A DNA stretch of 49,665 nt from Mycobacterium phage prophiCCUG48898T-1. The first letter of the stretch is position 1, and every line of letters begins with the position of its first letter. This document shows positions 8,390 through 16,339 of the stretch, one piece after another. The notes beneath the pieces are model-generated. The model had not been told where the DNA came from, searched no databases, and worked only from the letters and a program-made list of their open reading frames with translations. The position numbers and the translations under genes were made by a program. The DNA is taken from the sequence record OQ417974.1; one strand, given 5' to 3'.

Positions 8390-8589
8390 AGCACGCGTTT
8401 TGCGACAGGTGCGGGCGCTACTGCATCGTGCGCAACCACCGCGATTGCGTGTGCCATGAGTGCGAGCTTGGCATGAATTCCATCGCGGCGATGCTCAACC
8501 CGCGCTGGGCACGACCGATGACCAGCAGCGAGATCCAGCTCGCCCATACCTGGCTGATGATCGAGCTCGGCTCGAAAGTGGGTGCGTGA
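8386..8589 (+). CDS. Small zinc-ribbon protein (CxxC...CxxC)
   Basis: MKHAFCDRCGRYCIVRNHRDCVCHECELG; the start overlaps the MTase stop. Confidence 0.4.
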   Translation: MKHAFCDRCGRYCIVRNHRDCVCHECELGMNSIAAMLNPRWARPMTSSEIQLAHTWLMIELGSKVGA

Positions 8590-8717
8590 TGGCCCGCACC
8601 CCCGAGAGCACCAAGGCGTATCAGGCCGGTCTGTGCGTGGACTGCAAGACCGAGCCGCACAGCGCCGGTCGGCCACGGTGCGAGAAGTGCCATACGAAAT
8701 TCAGGAGGGGTCAGTGA
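8589..8717 (+). CDS. Very small zinc-finger-like protein (42 aa)
   Basis: MARTPESTKAYQAGLCVDCKTEPHSAGRPRCEKCHTKFRRGQ; coupled between its neighbours. Confidence 0.3.
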   Translation: MARTPESTKAYQAGLCVDCKTEPHSAGRPRCEKCHTKFRRGQ

Positions 8718-9166
8718 TGCCGGAATTGTCTCTGTGCCCCATCACATTCGCCGAGGCGTGCGCGTTTGTGTACGGCCACCATCGGCATCATCCGGCCCCG
8801 ACCGGTCACAAGTTCAGCGTTGCGGTATCCGACTCGACGCGGATCGTGGGTGTGGCCATGGTTGGCCGACCCGTCGCCCCGGCATTCGATGACGGACTGA
8901 CTCTGGAGGTCAACCGCAGTTGCACAGACGGCACCCATAACGCCAACTCGATGCTGTACGGCGCTGCCTGGCGGGCAGCCAAGGCAATGGGCTATCGCAG
9001 ACTCGTCACCTACACCCTTGCAAGCGAATCCGGCGCATCGCTGCGCGCGGCTGGGTGGCGTGTGGTGGCACAGAGACCGCCGCGCAAGGGCTGGGACATG
9101 CCCGGGCGCCCACGCGTCGACACGACACAGCACAGCGTGCAGCGGACGTTATGGGAGGCGGTCTGA
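8717..9166 (+). CDS. Hypothetical protein, possibly GNAT-like fold
   Basis: The start overlaps the upstream stop (GTGATG). RIVGVAMVGRPV and LVTYTLASESGASLRAAGW are weakly reminiscent of GNAT motifs A and B. Confidence 0.45.
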   Translation: MPELSLCPITFAEACAFVYGHHRHHPAPTGHKFSVAVSDSTRIVGVAMVGRPVAPAFDDGLTLEVNRSCTDGTHNANSMLYGAAWRAAKAMGYRRLVTYTLASESGASLRAAGWRVVAQRPPRKGWDMPGRPRVDTTQHSVQRTLWEAV

Positions 9167-9609
9167 TGCCCATCCGCCTCGAGAACCGCGACCGCTACCC
9201 CAAGGACTGGCCCGAGATTTCGCGCCGCATCCGGTTTGAGCGCGCCGGGTATCTCTGTGAGTGCCGTGGTGAGTGTGGACGTGACCACGCCCGGGATGAC
9301 GCCGCGATGGCCTATGAGCGCTTGATGTGGGTAGAGCCCGGCCGCTGCACAGCGATTCACGGTGAGCCACACCCACACACCGGTAGCCGCGTCGTTCTCA
9401 CCGTCGCGCACCTGAACCACACCCCCGAGGACTGCCGCGATGAGAACCTGCGCGCCATGTGCCAGGGGTGCCATCTGCACTACGACGCCGAGCACCACGC
9501 ACAGACGCGCCAGCGGGCACGCACGGCGGCTCTTGAGGCACAGATGGACCCGATGTTCGGCCCCGAGATTTTGGGGTGTGAGGGGGGTGCAGAACGTGCC
9601 GCAGTCTGA
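9166..9609 (+). CDS. HNH endonuclease
   Basis: CECRGECGRDH ... VAHLNHTPEDC ... CQGCHLHYD: an HNH motif with a zinc-ligand Cys pattern. Confidence 0.7.
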   Translation: MPIRLENRDRYPKDWPEISRRIRFERAGYLCECRGECGRDHARDDAAMAYERLMWVEPGRCTAIHGEPHPHTGSRVVLTVAHLNHTPEDCRDENLRAMCQGCHLHYDAEHHAQTRQRARTAALEAQMDPMFGPEILGCEGGAERAAV

Positions 9610-9617
9610 ATACGTGC

Positions 9618-10571
9618 ATGCGAATCAGAGAAAGGAACACCGTGGCTAACTCGGCCGGAATGCTCAAGGAATCAATCTGGCGCGACGGCCATTTCCGAGC
9701 GCTCACACGCACCGCGCAATGCACCTACGCGCAGCTGCTCAGTCAAAAGGATCTCGACCGCGCCGGGATGCAACCGCTTCAAATCACCAAGTGGGCCAAG
9801 GGGTGCAACGAGATGTCCGTCGAAGACCTACAGGCCGACCTCGACGAGCTGGAGCGTGAACGGTTCGTGTTCTACGACGAGGACACTGACGAACTGTTCG
9901 TGCGCGCCTACATGCGCACCACCGAGGTCACCCGGTATCCGCAGTACCTCAAGAGCGCCTTGAAATGCGCCGTCATGGTGGCCTCGCCCAAGCTGCGCCA
10001 TGAGCTGGCGGTCGAGCTACGTCGCCTGCGCAAGCCCGAGGCGACCAAGGTCGCCAATGAGATTGACCCGTCTGGACCTGACCCCGATGACACCGTGACC
10101 GAACCGTGCGAGAACCCTGACGGCACCGTGCCCGAAGGGTGCGAGAACCCTGCCGGAACCGTGAACCCTGACGGCACCGTGCCCGAACCCTCTAGGGAAA
10201 GGGTAAGGGTAGGGGTAAGGGAACTTACGTTGGTAAGTACTCAAGTTGGGGAGCGCTGCGCGCCACCCCCCGAGTTCTGCCCCAAGCATCCTGGCGGCAC
10301 CGAGGACCCGTGCCGCGCCTGCCAGCGCTACCGGGTGCAGTACTCCCAGTGGGCCGCAGACGACGCGGCTCTCGCCGCCGCCGAGCAGCGCGCACAACAC
10401 CGGGGCGAGCGAGATGCCAAGCGCCAGGCCATCGCCGCGTGCCGCCTGTGCGACCAGGACGGCTACAACGGCCTCTCCGTCTGCGATCACGTCGACCGCT
10501 CGGCCACCGCCAGAGCCGGACTCGCCAGAGCCCGCGCAGCGCTCGAAAATCCCCCCGCCGCGACCGGATAG
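9618..10571 (+). CDS. Putative replication initiation / replisome-organizer-like DNA-binding protein, with a disordered repeat linker that contains iterons (alternative start GTG 9642)
   Basis: N-terminal LKESIWRDGHFRALTRTAQCTYAQLLSQKDLDRAGMQPLQI resembles phage replication-initiator N-termini. The middle PDGTVPE repeats are encoded by DNA iterons. The C-terminus is Cys-rich. The family call is an inference. Confidence 0.45.
   Translation: MRIRERNTVANSAGMLKESIWRDGHFRALTRTAQCTYAQLLSQKDLDRAGMQPLQITKWAKGCNEMSVEDLQADLDELERERFVFYDEDTDELFVRAYMRTTEVTRYPQYLKSALKCAVMVASPKLRHELAVELRRLRKPEATKVANEIDPSGPDPDDTVTEPCENPDGTVPEGCENPAGTVNPDGTVPEPSRERVRVGVRELTLVSTQVGERCAPPPEFCPKHPGGTEDPCRACQRYRVQYSQWAADDAALAAAEQRAQHRGERDAKRQAIAACRLCDQDGYNGLSVCDHVDRSATARAGLARARAALENPPAATG
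10105..10240. repeat. Iteron array (3 x about 19 bp GAACCCTG-N-CGG-N-ACCGTG at 10112, 10145 and 10163), followed by an A/T-richer GGGTAAGGG-repeat stretch and a small hairpin. This is a candidate origin of replication inside the initiator gene.
   Basis: Exact 25-bp repeat gaaccctgacggcaccgtgcccgaa at 10112-10136 and 10163-10187. gggaaagggtaagggtaggggtaaggga at 10196-10223. acttacgttggtaagt hairpin at 10224-10239. Confidence 0.4.
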
Positions 10572-10640
10572 TCCCGAACGGCCCGAAAACCCGCCAGCGA
10601 CGACCACAGCCCCAGGAATCGATATGCGAACGGAGACACG

Positions 10641-10928
10641 ATGACTCAGAAAACGGACCCCGAGCGGTTTACCTGCCCCGGGCTGGAAGAGGGCGACCGC
10701 GTGGCCATCCAGCTCGCCGACGGCACGCTGACCGAGGGCTACTGGTACGACGGCGCGGTACACGACCAGCCGCGCACGCTAGCGCGCCCACCCGCGCCTT
10801 GGCGGATCTGGCCGGTGAACCGCGAGTGGCGCATCGAGAAGCGGCTCACCGACGGGTACGAAACCTGGTGCCGATTCGACACCAGCGGCGAAGCCTTCGC
10901 TGCGTTCGCGGCCGGTGGTGCGCGATGA
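10641..10928 (+). CDS. Hypothetical protein (95 aa)
   Basis: ORF in the operon. Confidence 0.45.
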   Translation: MTQKTDPERFTCPGLEEGDRVAIQLADGTLTEGYWYDGAVHDQPRTLARPPAPWRIWPVNREWRIEKRLTDGYETWCRFDTSGEAFAAFAAGGAR

Positions 10929-11095
10929 GAGACCGCGACCTCGATGGGCGGGTGCTGAAAATCCGTCGCTGCCGACACAACCAGCGCCACTACCGCGACG
11001 AGTACGGAAACCGGCGCTGCCGCGACTGCGACGCCTTCGTGCGACCGGTAGCCGGTGCGGTGATGTGCGCACCACCCAAGAGGGACGGGCGATGA
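10925..11095 (+). CDS. Small Cys/Arg-rich hypothetical protein (56 aa)
   Basis: ATGA overlap with the upstream stop; CRHNQRHYRDEYGNRRCRDCDAF. Confidence 0.3.
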   Translation: MRDRDLDGRVLKIRRCRHNQRHYRDEYGNRRCRDCDAFVRPVAGAVMCAPPKRDGR

Positions 11096-11246
11096 GGCGC
11101 ACGCGCCCCGGCGACGCTGACCGGATAGATGAGCTCTGCTCCTAGGCTGGTAAGCCGTTGCAGCCCTGGCAAATTCAGTTCCTCACCAGGCTCGAACAGC
11201 ACGATATCGATGTCCAATTCGCCGAAATGGTAAGGGGATTCAACCG

Positions 11247-12491
11247 TTGACCAAGTGCAAGCGGTGCGAACGCGCAACCGATCTGTTCGTGTGCAAGGCC
11301 TGCATCGCGGAGCTGCGCAAGCGCCTGGCTGATCTGCCGTGGTGGATCGACCGACTCACCGAGACCGCTGTCGGGCAGGCGAACCTGGGCGACGGAGCAC
11401 GCAAGGGCGAGCGCCGCGACGTGTTGCACGGCGACGACACGCTCGTGAGCCACGTCGAGCCGTTCCCCCGTGACAAGGACACCACCCCGACCGCCAGGGA
11501 CCACCGGGACCGACACCAGGCGGCACTGTGGCATGCCCTGGCACTCGGCCGGGTCAACGGACGCGCCAGCGACGAGCTCGACCGAATCCACAACGCACTG
11601 TCGACGACCATCCGCGACATGTGCGAGACGCGCGGGCTGGAGGTGCCCGAGTTCCGCACCCGGCCAAGGCCTCTGCCGGTGGTCGTCGAATCGGGTGCAC
11701 GGCGGCCGGCAGATCGGTTCAGCCTCGATTCGGCACCGCCGGCCCGGGCGGGCTCGTGTCGACGGTGCTTCGTCACACTGCCCGCCTCGTCGGCCGGACC
11801 GCTGTGCGACGACTGCGACGGCGCCCCGGAGACGCGCACGGCCGACGACTCCCCCGCGGATGACCTACGCGTGACCTACGCCGGAAGGCGCGGCGACGAC
11901 ACGCACTCAGTCGCGACGACAGCGCGCATGGCCAAGTGGCTGCACCGGCATGCGGCCAATATCGCGCTGCAGGAGAACGGCGCCGAGATCTGCGACGAGA
12001 TCGAGCAGGTGTACCGGTCGATCACGCGCGTGGTGAACCGCCCACCCGAGCCCATGATCATCGGGCCGTGCATCACCGACCCGGCACCCGACGAAGTACT
12101 CGCCGAGCGGGGCCGCAAGGGCGACAACTCAACCCGGTGCGGGTACGCACTCATGGCGCCGAGCCACAGCGGCTCAATCGTGTGCCCGCAGTGCGACACC
12201 GCGCATTCGGTGGCCGACGTGCTGGCACGCAACCTCGGCGAGCTCGACGACCGCAACGCGACCGTGCGCGAGCTCGTCGACGTGATACTCCCCCGCCTCG
12301 ACGAGCACGTACCGCAGTCGACCATCGAGCGCTGGATTCGGCGCGGCTGGGTACCGGTACGCGGCCGGGACGCCCACGGGCACCAGATGGTTCGCATTGG
12401 CGATGTGCGCGCGGTGCGAGCAGAGCGGCCCAGGAACGCGCCAAGACGTGAACACACAGCAGACATGAGCTGTAGATCCAGCAACCTTTGA
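11247..12491 (+). CDS. Zinc-ribbon (N-terminal CxxC-x12-CxxC) protein with a C-terminal excisionase/AlpA-like HTH_17 motif; DNA-binding protein of unknown role. TTG start.
   Basis: N-terminal KCKRCERATDLFVCKAC. C-terminal STIERWIRRGWVPVRGRDAHGHQMVRIGDVRAV resembles MerR/excisionase-type HTH. Confidence 0.5.
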   Translation: MTKCKRCERATDLFVCKACIAELRKRLADLPWWIDRLTETAVGQANLGDGARKGERRDVLHGDDTLVSHVEPFPRDKDTTPTARDHRDRHQAALWHALALGRVNGRASDELDRIHNALSTTIRDMCETRGLEVPEFRTRPRPLPVVVESGARRPADRFSLDSAPPARAGSCRRCFVTLPASSAGPLCDDCDGAPETRTADDSPADDLRVTYAGRRGDDTHSVATTARMAKWLHRHAANIALQENGAEICDEIEQVYRSITRVVNRPPEPMIIGPCITDPAPDEVLAERGRKGDNSTRCGYALMAPSHSGSIVCPQCDTAHSVADVLARNLGELDDRNATVRELVDVILPRLDEHVPQSTIERWIRRGWVPVRGRDAHGHQMVRIGDVRAVRAERPRNAPRREHTADMSCRSSNL

Positions 12492-13579
12492 TGGGAGGCG
12501 CGAATCACCTTCACCGCATTCGCCAGCCATGTAACAATCGGTCAGTGATTGAGCTATGGGGAACCCGCTATGCTGCCGGAAATGGCATATCCAGAGCAAT
12601 GCGAATTCTATGCAAGGCAACCTTACTTCAATATGTTGTATTGCTCCTTTCCTTTGCTTTTATAATCTTTGACGACAAGAGCATCGGAATTCGGTACTCC
12701 GACATTGCAAGTGTGCTGTTCTTGGTATTCACAGTACTGTTGTATTTCTGTGGACTGTTGGCGGCAATCCTGGCAGGGCTCCTCGATGGCACTCAGAAGC
12801 AACGCCCCAAAAACTGGGAGCGGCAAAGCATATTGAAGCAGCTGCGAAATCCGACTTCCCCCGGATTTTTACTGTTTGTAGCTATGTCTCCCATCCTCCC
12901 AATGGTCGCAATAGTCGCGTCAGCGGGTATATACCGGCTATTAGATTTTCCTGCCGCAATTCTGAATGTTGCAACTCTGTTGGTCGCACTGGCTACTGGA
13001 TACGCGCACACCAAATTCTTCTATGGAGTGTCGGGCCATATGTCCAGAGAGGTGGCCAAAGGCAAGGATCTTTTTCGGGGATTCGACTGGTCTCTTGTCA
13101 ACACCAACGGTCGGAAGCGATTCCGCGATCGATACAGGAATGACTACTGGAAATACCCTGATGATGCGATCAGGGATGCCGAGGTTGATCTATATATTCA
13201 GCGTGCTCGGGCAATGCACTCCCTCGTTCTTATTCTGAACACTGTGACTTCCCTCTTGATTACATTTGTGATCGCAGACTTGTTCAAGAGGACGGTTGCT
13301 CAATGGGCACAGCCATCGACCGGGCAGAACATGCTCACCGCCGTAGCGATGACGACAGCGTTAGGCGTGTTGCTTCTGTTGTTCTTCGTGCCGTTGTACC
13401 TGCAGCGCAGGGCCAGCCTGTACGAGGACCTGCGGAAGGAATATGAGAAGTATCTGGAGAAGGGCGGCACTAGCTCTTCGAAGCGGCTCCCCGGAGTGCG
13501 TGTCGTCAACGGGCCCCGGCCATTCGCCCCTCGACACCCCAGGAGAACTCAACCGGCCAATGTCGGGCCTCCGGCGTAG
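12488..13579 (+). CDS. Polytopic membrane protein (about 6 TM) of unknown function on a markedly lower-GC segment; moron. Likelier start ATG 12599.
   Basis: TM segments LLQYVVLLLSFAFIIF, IASVLFLVFTVLLYFCGLLAAILAGLL, FLLFVAMSPILPMVAIVASAGIY, AAILNVATLLVALATGY, LVLILNTVTSLLITFVIADLF, LTAVAMTTALGVLLLLFFVPLYL. Local GC is about 48% against about 65% in the flanks. Confidence 0.7.
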   Translation: MMGGANHLHRIRQPCNNRSVIELWGTRYAAGNGISRAMRILCKATLLQYVVLLLSFAFIIFDDKSIGIRYSDIASVLFLVFTVLLYFCGLLAAILAGLLDGTQKQRPKNWERQSILKQLRNPTSPGFLLFVAMSPILPMVAIVASAGIYRLLDFPAAILNVATLLVALATGYAHTKFFYGVSGHMSREVAKGKDLFRGFDWSLVNTNGRKRFRDRYRNDYWKYPDDAIRDAEVDLYIQRARAMHSLVLILNTVTSLLITFVIADLFKRTVAQWAQPSTGQNMLTAVAMTTALGVLLLLFFVPLYLQRRASLYEDLRKEYEKYLEKGGTSSSKRLPGVRVVNGPRPFAPRHPRRTQPANVGPPA

Positions 13580-13653
13580 AACTTGCACATGGCACGCCCA
13601 CCGCGCGATCGGTTCCCCAACGCGGTCGTCGGCGACCTCGCGCCAAGCTGGAA

Positions 13654-14526
13654 TCAGGTTTCGCGGTACTTGTATCGCAGTGCACGCACCGCGCTGTGGG
13701 TTCGCCCCAAACGCTGGGCGGCCTCAATCACGGTCAGGTTGCGATCCAACGCGATCTCGATATCGCTGTCGGCCCAGGGTGCCTTGTAGTTGACCGCCGT
13801 GTGCCGGGTGGCCTCTTGACGTCGCTCCCGCTCTGCTTCGGCCGCGTCCCGGCACCGCGGACATAGGCATCCGTATCGACTCGCGCCGGTGTAGGTGCCG
13901 TGCAGATGCTCGGGAACCTTGCCCTGCAGGCGCCCCAACCAGCGCGCACGAGCCACAGTGACCGAGTTGATCGAACGCCCCAACTCGGCGGCAATCTCCG
14001 TGGGTGTGCGGGACTCATCGGCCAGGACAGCGATCTCATCCTCAGTCCAGAGGCGCTGCCGTATCGGCTCCGCTCGCGACTCGCGCGCCGGGATCAAACC
14101 CGAGGCCTTTTGGCGCTGCAGGTCTCGAATGTGCTTGATCGCCCTGAAGGAACGTCCCAACCGGCGGGCCGCTTCGGCGCGCGATATTGACCGGTCCAGT
14201 GCGATCGCGATCTCCTGTGGTGTCCATGACCCATAACAGGCGATGTCGGTCTCGGCTACCTGCTCTAGCTCGGCAGCGCGACCACGTTTCTGGGCGAGCA
14301 GTTGCTCAATATCGCGTCCCCGGTACCGCTTTCGAGCCTTCTCCACCTGTAGCCGGGTGCGGCCCAACCTCGCGCCGGCCTCGGCGCACGATAGTGACCG
14401 GTCCAGCGCCACTGCCAGCTCGTCAGCGGTCCACCGCCGCTGAGCTACACCATCAGCCACACATGACAGGCTACTTCTGCGTCTCCGTGCACACCGTGAA
14501 CCGGCGCACCGGGTGCGGAAAACCAC
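13654..14526 (-). CDS. DNA-binding protein with four tandem Myb/SANT-like (or sigma region-4-like) HTH repeats; alternative GTG start 14460, which avoids overlap with the upstream gene
   Basis: Four repeats of about 35 aa: W(T/A)xxE(I/L)xxALDRxLSxxEAAxRLGR(T/S)xxA(I/V)...R, for example WTADELAVALDRSLSCAEAGARLGRTRLQV and WTPQEIAIALDRSISRAEAARRLGRSFRAIKHIR. Confidence 0.65.
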   Translation of the reverse strand: MVFRTRCAGSRCARRRRSSLSCVADGVAQRRWTADELAVALDRSLSCAEAGARLGRTRLQVEKARKRYRGRDIEQLLAQKRGRAAELEQVAETDIACYGSWTPQEIAIALDRSISRAEAARRLGRSFRAIKHIRDLQRQKASGLIPARESRAEPIRQRLWTEDEIAVLADESRTPTEIAAELGRSINSVTVARARWLGRLQGKVPEHLHGTYTGASRYGCLCPRCRDAAEAERERRQEATRHTAVNYKAPWADSDIEIALDRNLTVIEAAQRLGRTHSAVRALRYKYRET

Positions 14527-15028
14527 CGGTCGGACAATCAGCGTTCGTCGTCGTGTTCAAGACAAGGTTCAGCGGCTTCTCACGTTTTGGCTTCGACGCG
14601 TCATCACAGGCCGCACGAACCGCTGTCACTTTCCCGATGCTCAGACAGTCGTTCGCGCTCCACGCGTAATCCAGACAAGCCGTGAACTCACCTTCATCTG
14701 GATACATATAGAACTTGTGATCCACATCTGCTGGGCACTCGGCAGGCGTCGGAACACGCTGAATCACCTTGTAACCGTTGGACGGCGAACCACAATCCAC
14801 CACCTTTAGCTTCGCCGCCGTACTAGGCCCATCCAAACTCACACACGCACCCACCGGCGCAATAGAAGCACCCGGTATCCCAGGCGCCTGCTCCGGAAAC
14901 TGGCCGGGGATTTGATCGAATGCTTGCTGCGGAGTGGCTCTAGGGGTCACGGCGGGCGAATCCGCCCCGTTGCATGCCGCGGTTGCAGCAGCTACAGCTA
15001 ATACCGCACAAACCAGCTTAATCGCCAC
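14471..15028 (-). CDS. Secreted Cys-rich lipoprotein-like protein (signal peptide with lipobox-like AATAAC)
   Basis: MAIKLVCAVLAVAAATAACNGADSP...; 10 Cys in the mature part; no recognisable enzymatic motif. Confidence 0.6.
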   Translation of the reverse strand: MAIKLVCAVLAVAAATAACNGADSPAVTPRATPQQAFDQIPGQFPEQAPGIPGASIAPVGACVSLDGPSTAAKLKVVDCGSPSNGYKVIQRVPTPAECPADVDHKFYMYPDEGEFTACLDYAWSANDCLSIGKVTAVRAACDDASKPKREKPLNLVLNTTTNADCPTGGFPHPVRRFTVCTETQK

Positions 15029-15236
15029 TATGTCCCGACCTGCCCAGCTTCCGGTACAGGTAGACCACGTACCCCAAACCGTAGATACCGACGACTCCCT
15101 CGGCGAGCACGAGATAAAGACCCGCCTGCGAAACTGCCCCGATGATCGATCCAGCTATCAAAAGAATAGACCCCACCGCTATTAAGGCGATCACAAGTCT
15201 CGGGTTCGACCTCATTGTTCTCATCCGCCCTTCCAA
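15018..15236 (-). CDS. Small two-TM membrane protein (72 aa)
   Basis: VIALIAVGSILLIAGSIIGAV and LYLVLAEGVVGIYGLGYVVYLY are hydrophobic helices. It overlaps the downstream gene by 11 nt. Confidence 0.45.
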   Translation of the reverse strand: MEGRMRTMRSNPRLVIALIAVGSILLIAGSIIGAVSQAGLYLVLAEGVVGIYGLGYVVYLYRKLGRSGHSGD

Positions 15237-15244
15237 TACGCCTA

Positions 15245-16339
15245 TTACCTATTCGCGCAATCGATTCCGTTTATCACAGCGCCAGTAGTGACGACTCCAC
15301 CACCGAGGATTGTCAGGCCCGTCGCCACCGCAGGCACCCCGATGGCCGCACCCGCCCCAGTCAACGATATTAGTCCCCCAGCCGCGACTAACAGACCACC
15401 CACAATTCCCATACCGATGTTCATCTTTTCACCGGTAGTGCACTGATTTTGTTCATGCTGCTGTTGTTCCAGCTGTTCAATCTTTTTGTCCTGCTCGGCG
15501 ATCTTCTCGTCTTTCGCCCTGTTGGCCTTTTCCAGATCCTCGATCCTCTGCTCAAGGCTAGGTTTCTCCGTAGTGTTCGGCGGGCAGGCACCGTCACACG
15601 GCGACGGCGTGGGTGTCGGGTCCAGCCAGGGATCGAACCAAGCAGGGCTACGGCCGCCGCCACCGGCCACAGTTCCGCCGACGCTCACCAACGCTGCGGC
15701 TGTGGTGTTGCCCATTTGCAGCATGGCGGCTTGGCACTTCTGCTGCTTCTGGTCAAGCTGCTGCGTGGTGTCGTCCTGCTTATTCTGCGGCTGCTGAGTC
15801 TGCGTCGGCGCCTGGCTCGGCTGCTGCTGTTGCGGCTGCTGGCCCTGTTGAGGCTGTTGTGGCGAATTCTGTTGCGGTGCCTGGTAATCCGGATTCGCTT
15901 TACCGGGACCCTGCGTGTACGGCGTGGCCGTCTGGTAGTCCGGGATCTGCGTGCCATGAGCGGGCTGTTGCGCCTGCTGCGGCTGCTGCCCGGCTTGCTG
16001 CCCTGGAACCTGTTGCGCGCCAGGCGATCCCGTGTTGTAGATTGAGATTCCAGAGTTCTGATCCATCGGCGGCTGATTGTTGCCGCCCTGGTAATCGGGC
16101 ATTGAGCTGGGCATTTGCGGCGGCTGGAACTGCTGGCCCCCGTCCATGCCCGGCCCGCCGGTAGGTCCGCCTGGCCCTGTTGGATCGGCGGCTACGGTCG
16201 CGACCGCCGAGAATCCGCTACCGGGAAGTGTGTGGTCATCGACAACCTTCGCTCCACCGACAGCCAAAGCGACAATTGCCACCAGCGCCGAGGCTCGCCG
16301 CAAACCCGCTGGCATCGTCCAACGCTCCTTCATGACCAT
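15245..16339 (-). CDS. Secreted Gln/Pro-rich low-complexity protein with a coiled-coil segment and a C-terminal glycine-zipper hydrophobic anchor
   Basis: Signal-like N-terminus MPAGLRRASALVAIVALAVGG. A long QQPQQ/PQ-rich region. EQRIEDLEKANRAKDEKIAEQDKKIEQLEQQQHEQ coiled coil. C-terminal GMGIVGGLLVAAGGLISLTGAGAAIGVPAVATGLTILGGGVV. Confidence 0.6.
   Translation of the reverse strand: MVMKERWTMPAGLRRASALVAIVALAVGGAKVVDDHTLPGSGFSAVATVAADPTGPGGPTGGPGMDGGQQFQPPQMPSSMPDYQGGNNQPPMDQNSGISIYNTGSPGAQQVPGQQAGQQPQQAQQPAHGTQIPDYQTATPYTQGPGKANPDYQAPQQNSPQQPQQGQQPQQQQPSQAPTQTQQPQNKQDDTTQQLDQKQQKCQAAMLQMGNTTAAALVSVGGTVAGGGGRSPAWFDPWLDPTPTPSPCDGACPPNTTEKPSLEQRIEDLEKANRAKDEKIAEQDKKIEQLEQQQHEQNQCTTGEKMNIGMGIVGGLLVAAGGLISLTGAGAAIGVPAVATGLTILGGGVVTTGAVINGIDCANR

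Noticed and set aside
11100-11246. Possible tRNA in the 150-bp gap before gene 11247
   Set aside because: No T-loop (GGTTCGAATCC-like) or acceptor-stem complementarity is visible. I found no tRNA-like structure here or elsewhere in the window by eye.
15449-16045. Plus-strand 198-aa Leu/Arg-rich ORF antisense to the Q/P-rich gene
   Set aside because: It is an artefact of the CAG/CTG-repetitive sequence. It has a low-complexity LLLRLL composition.
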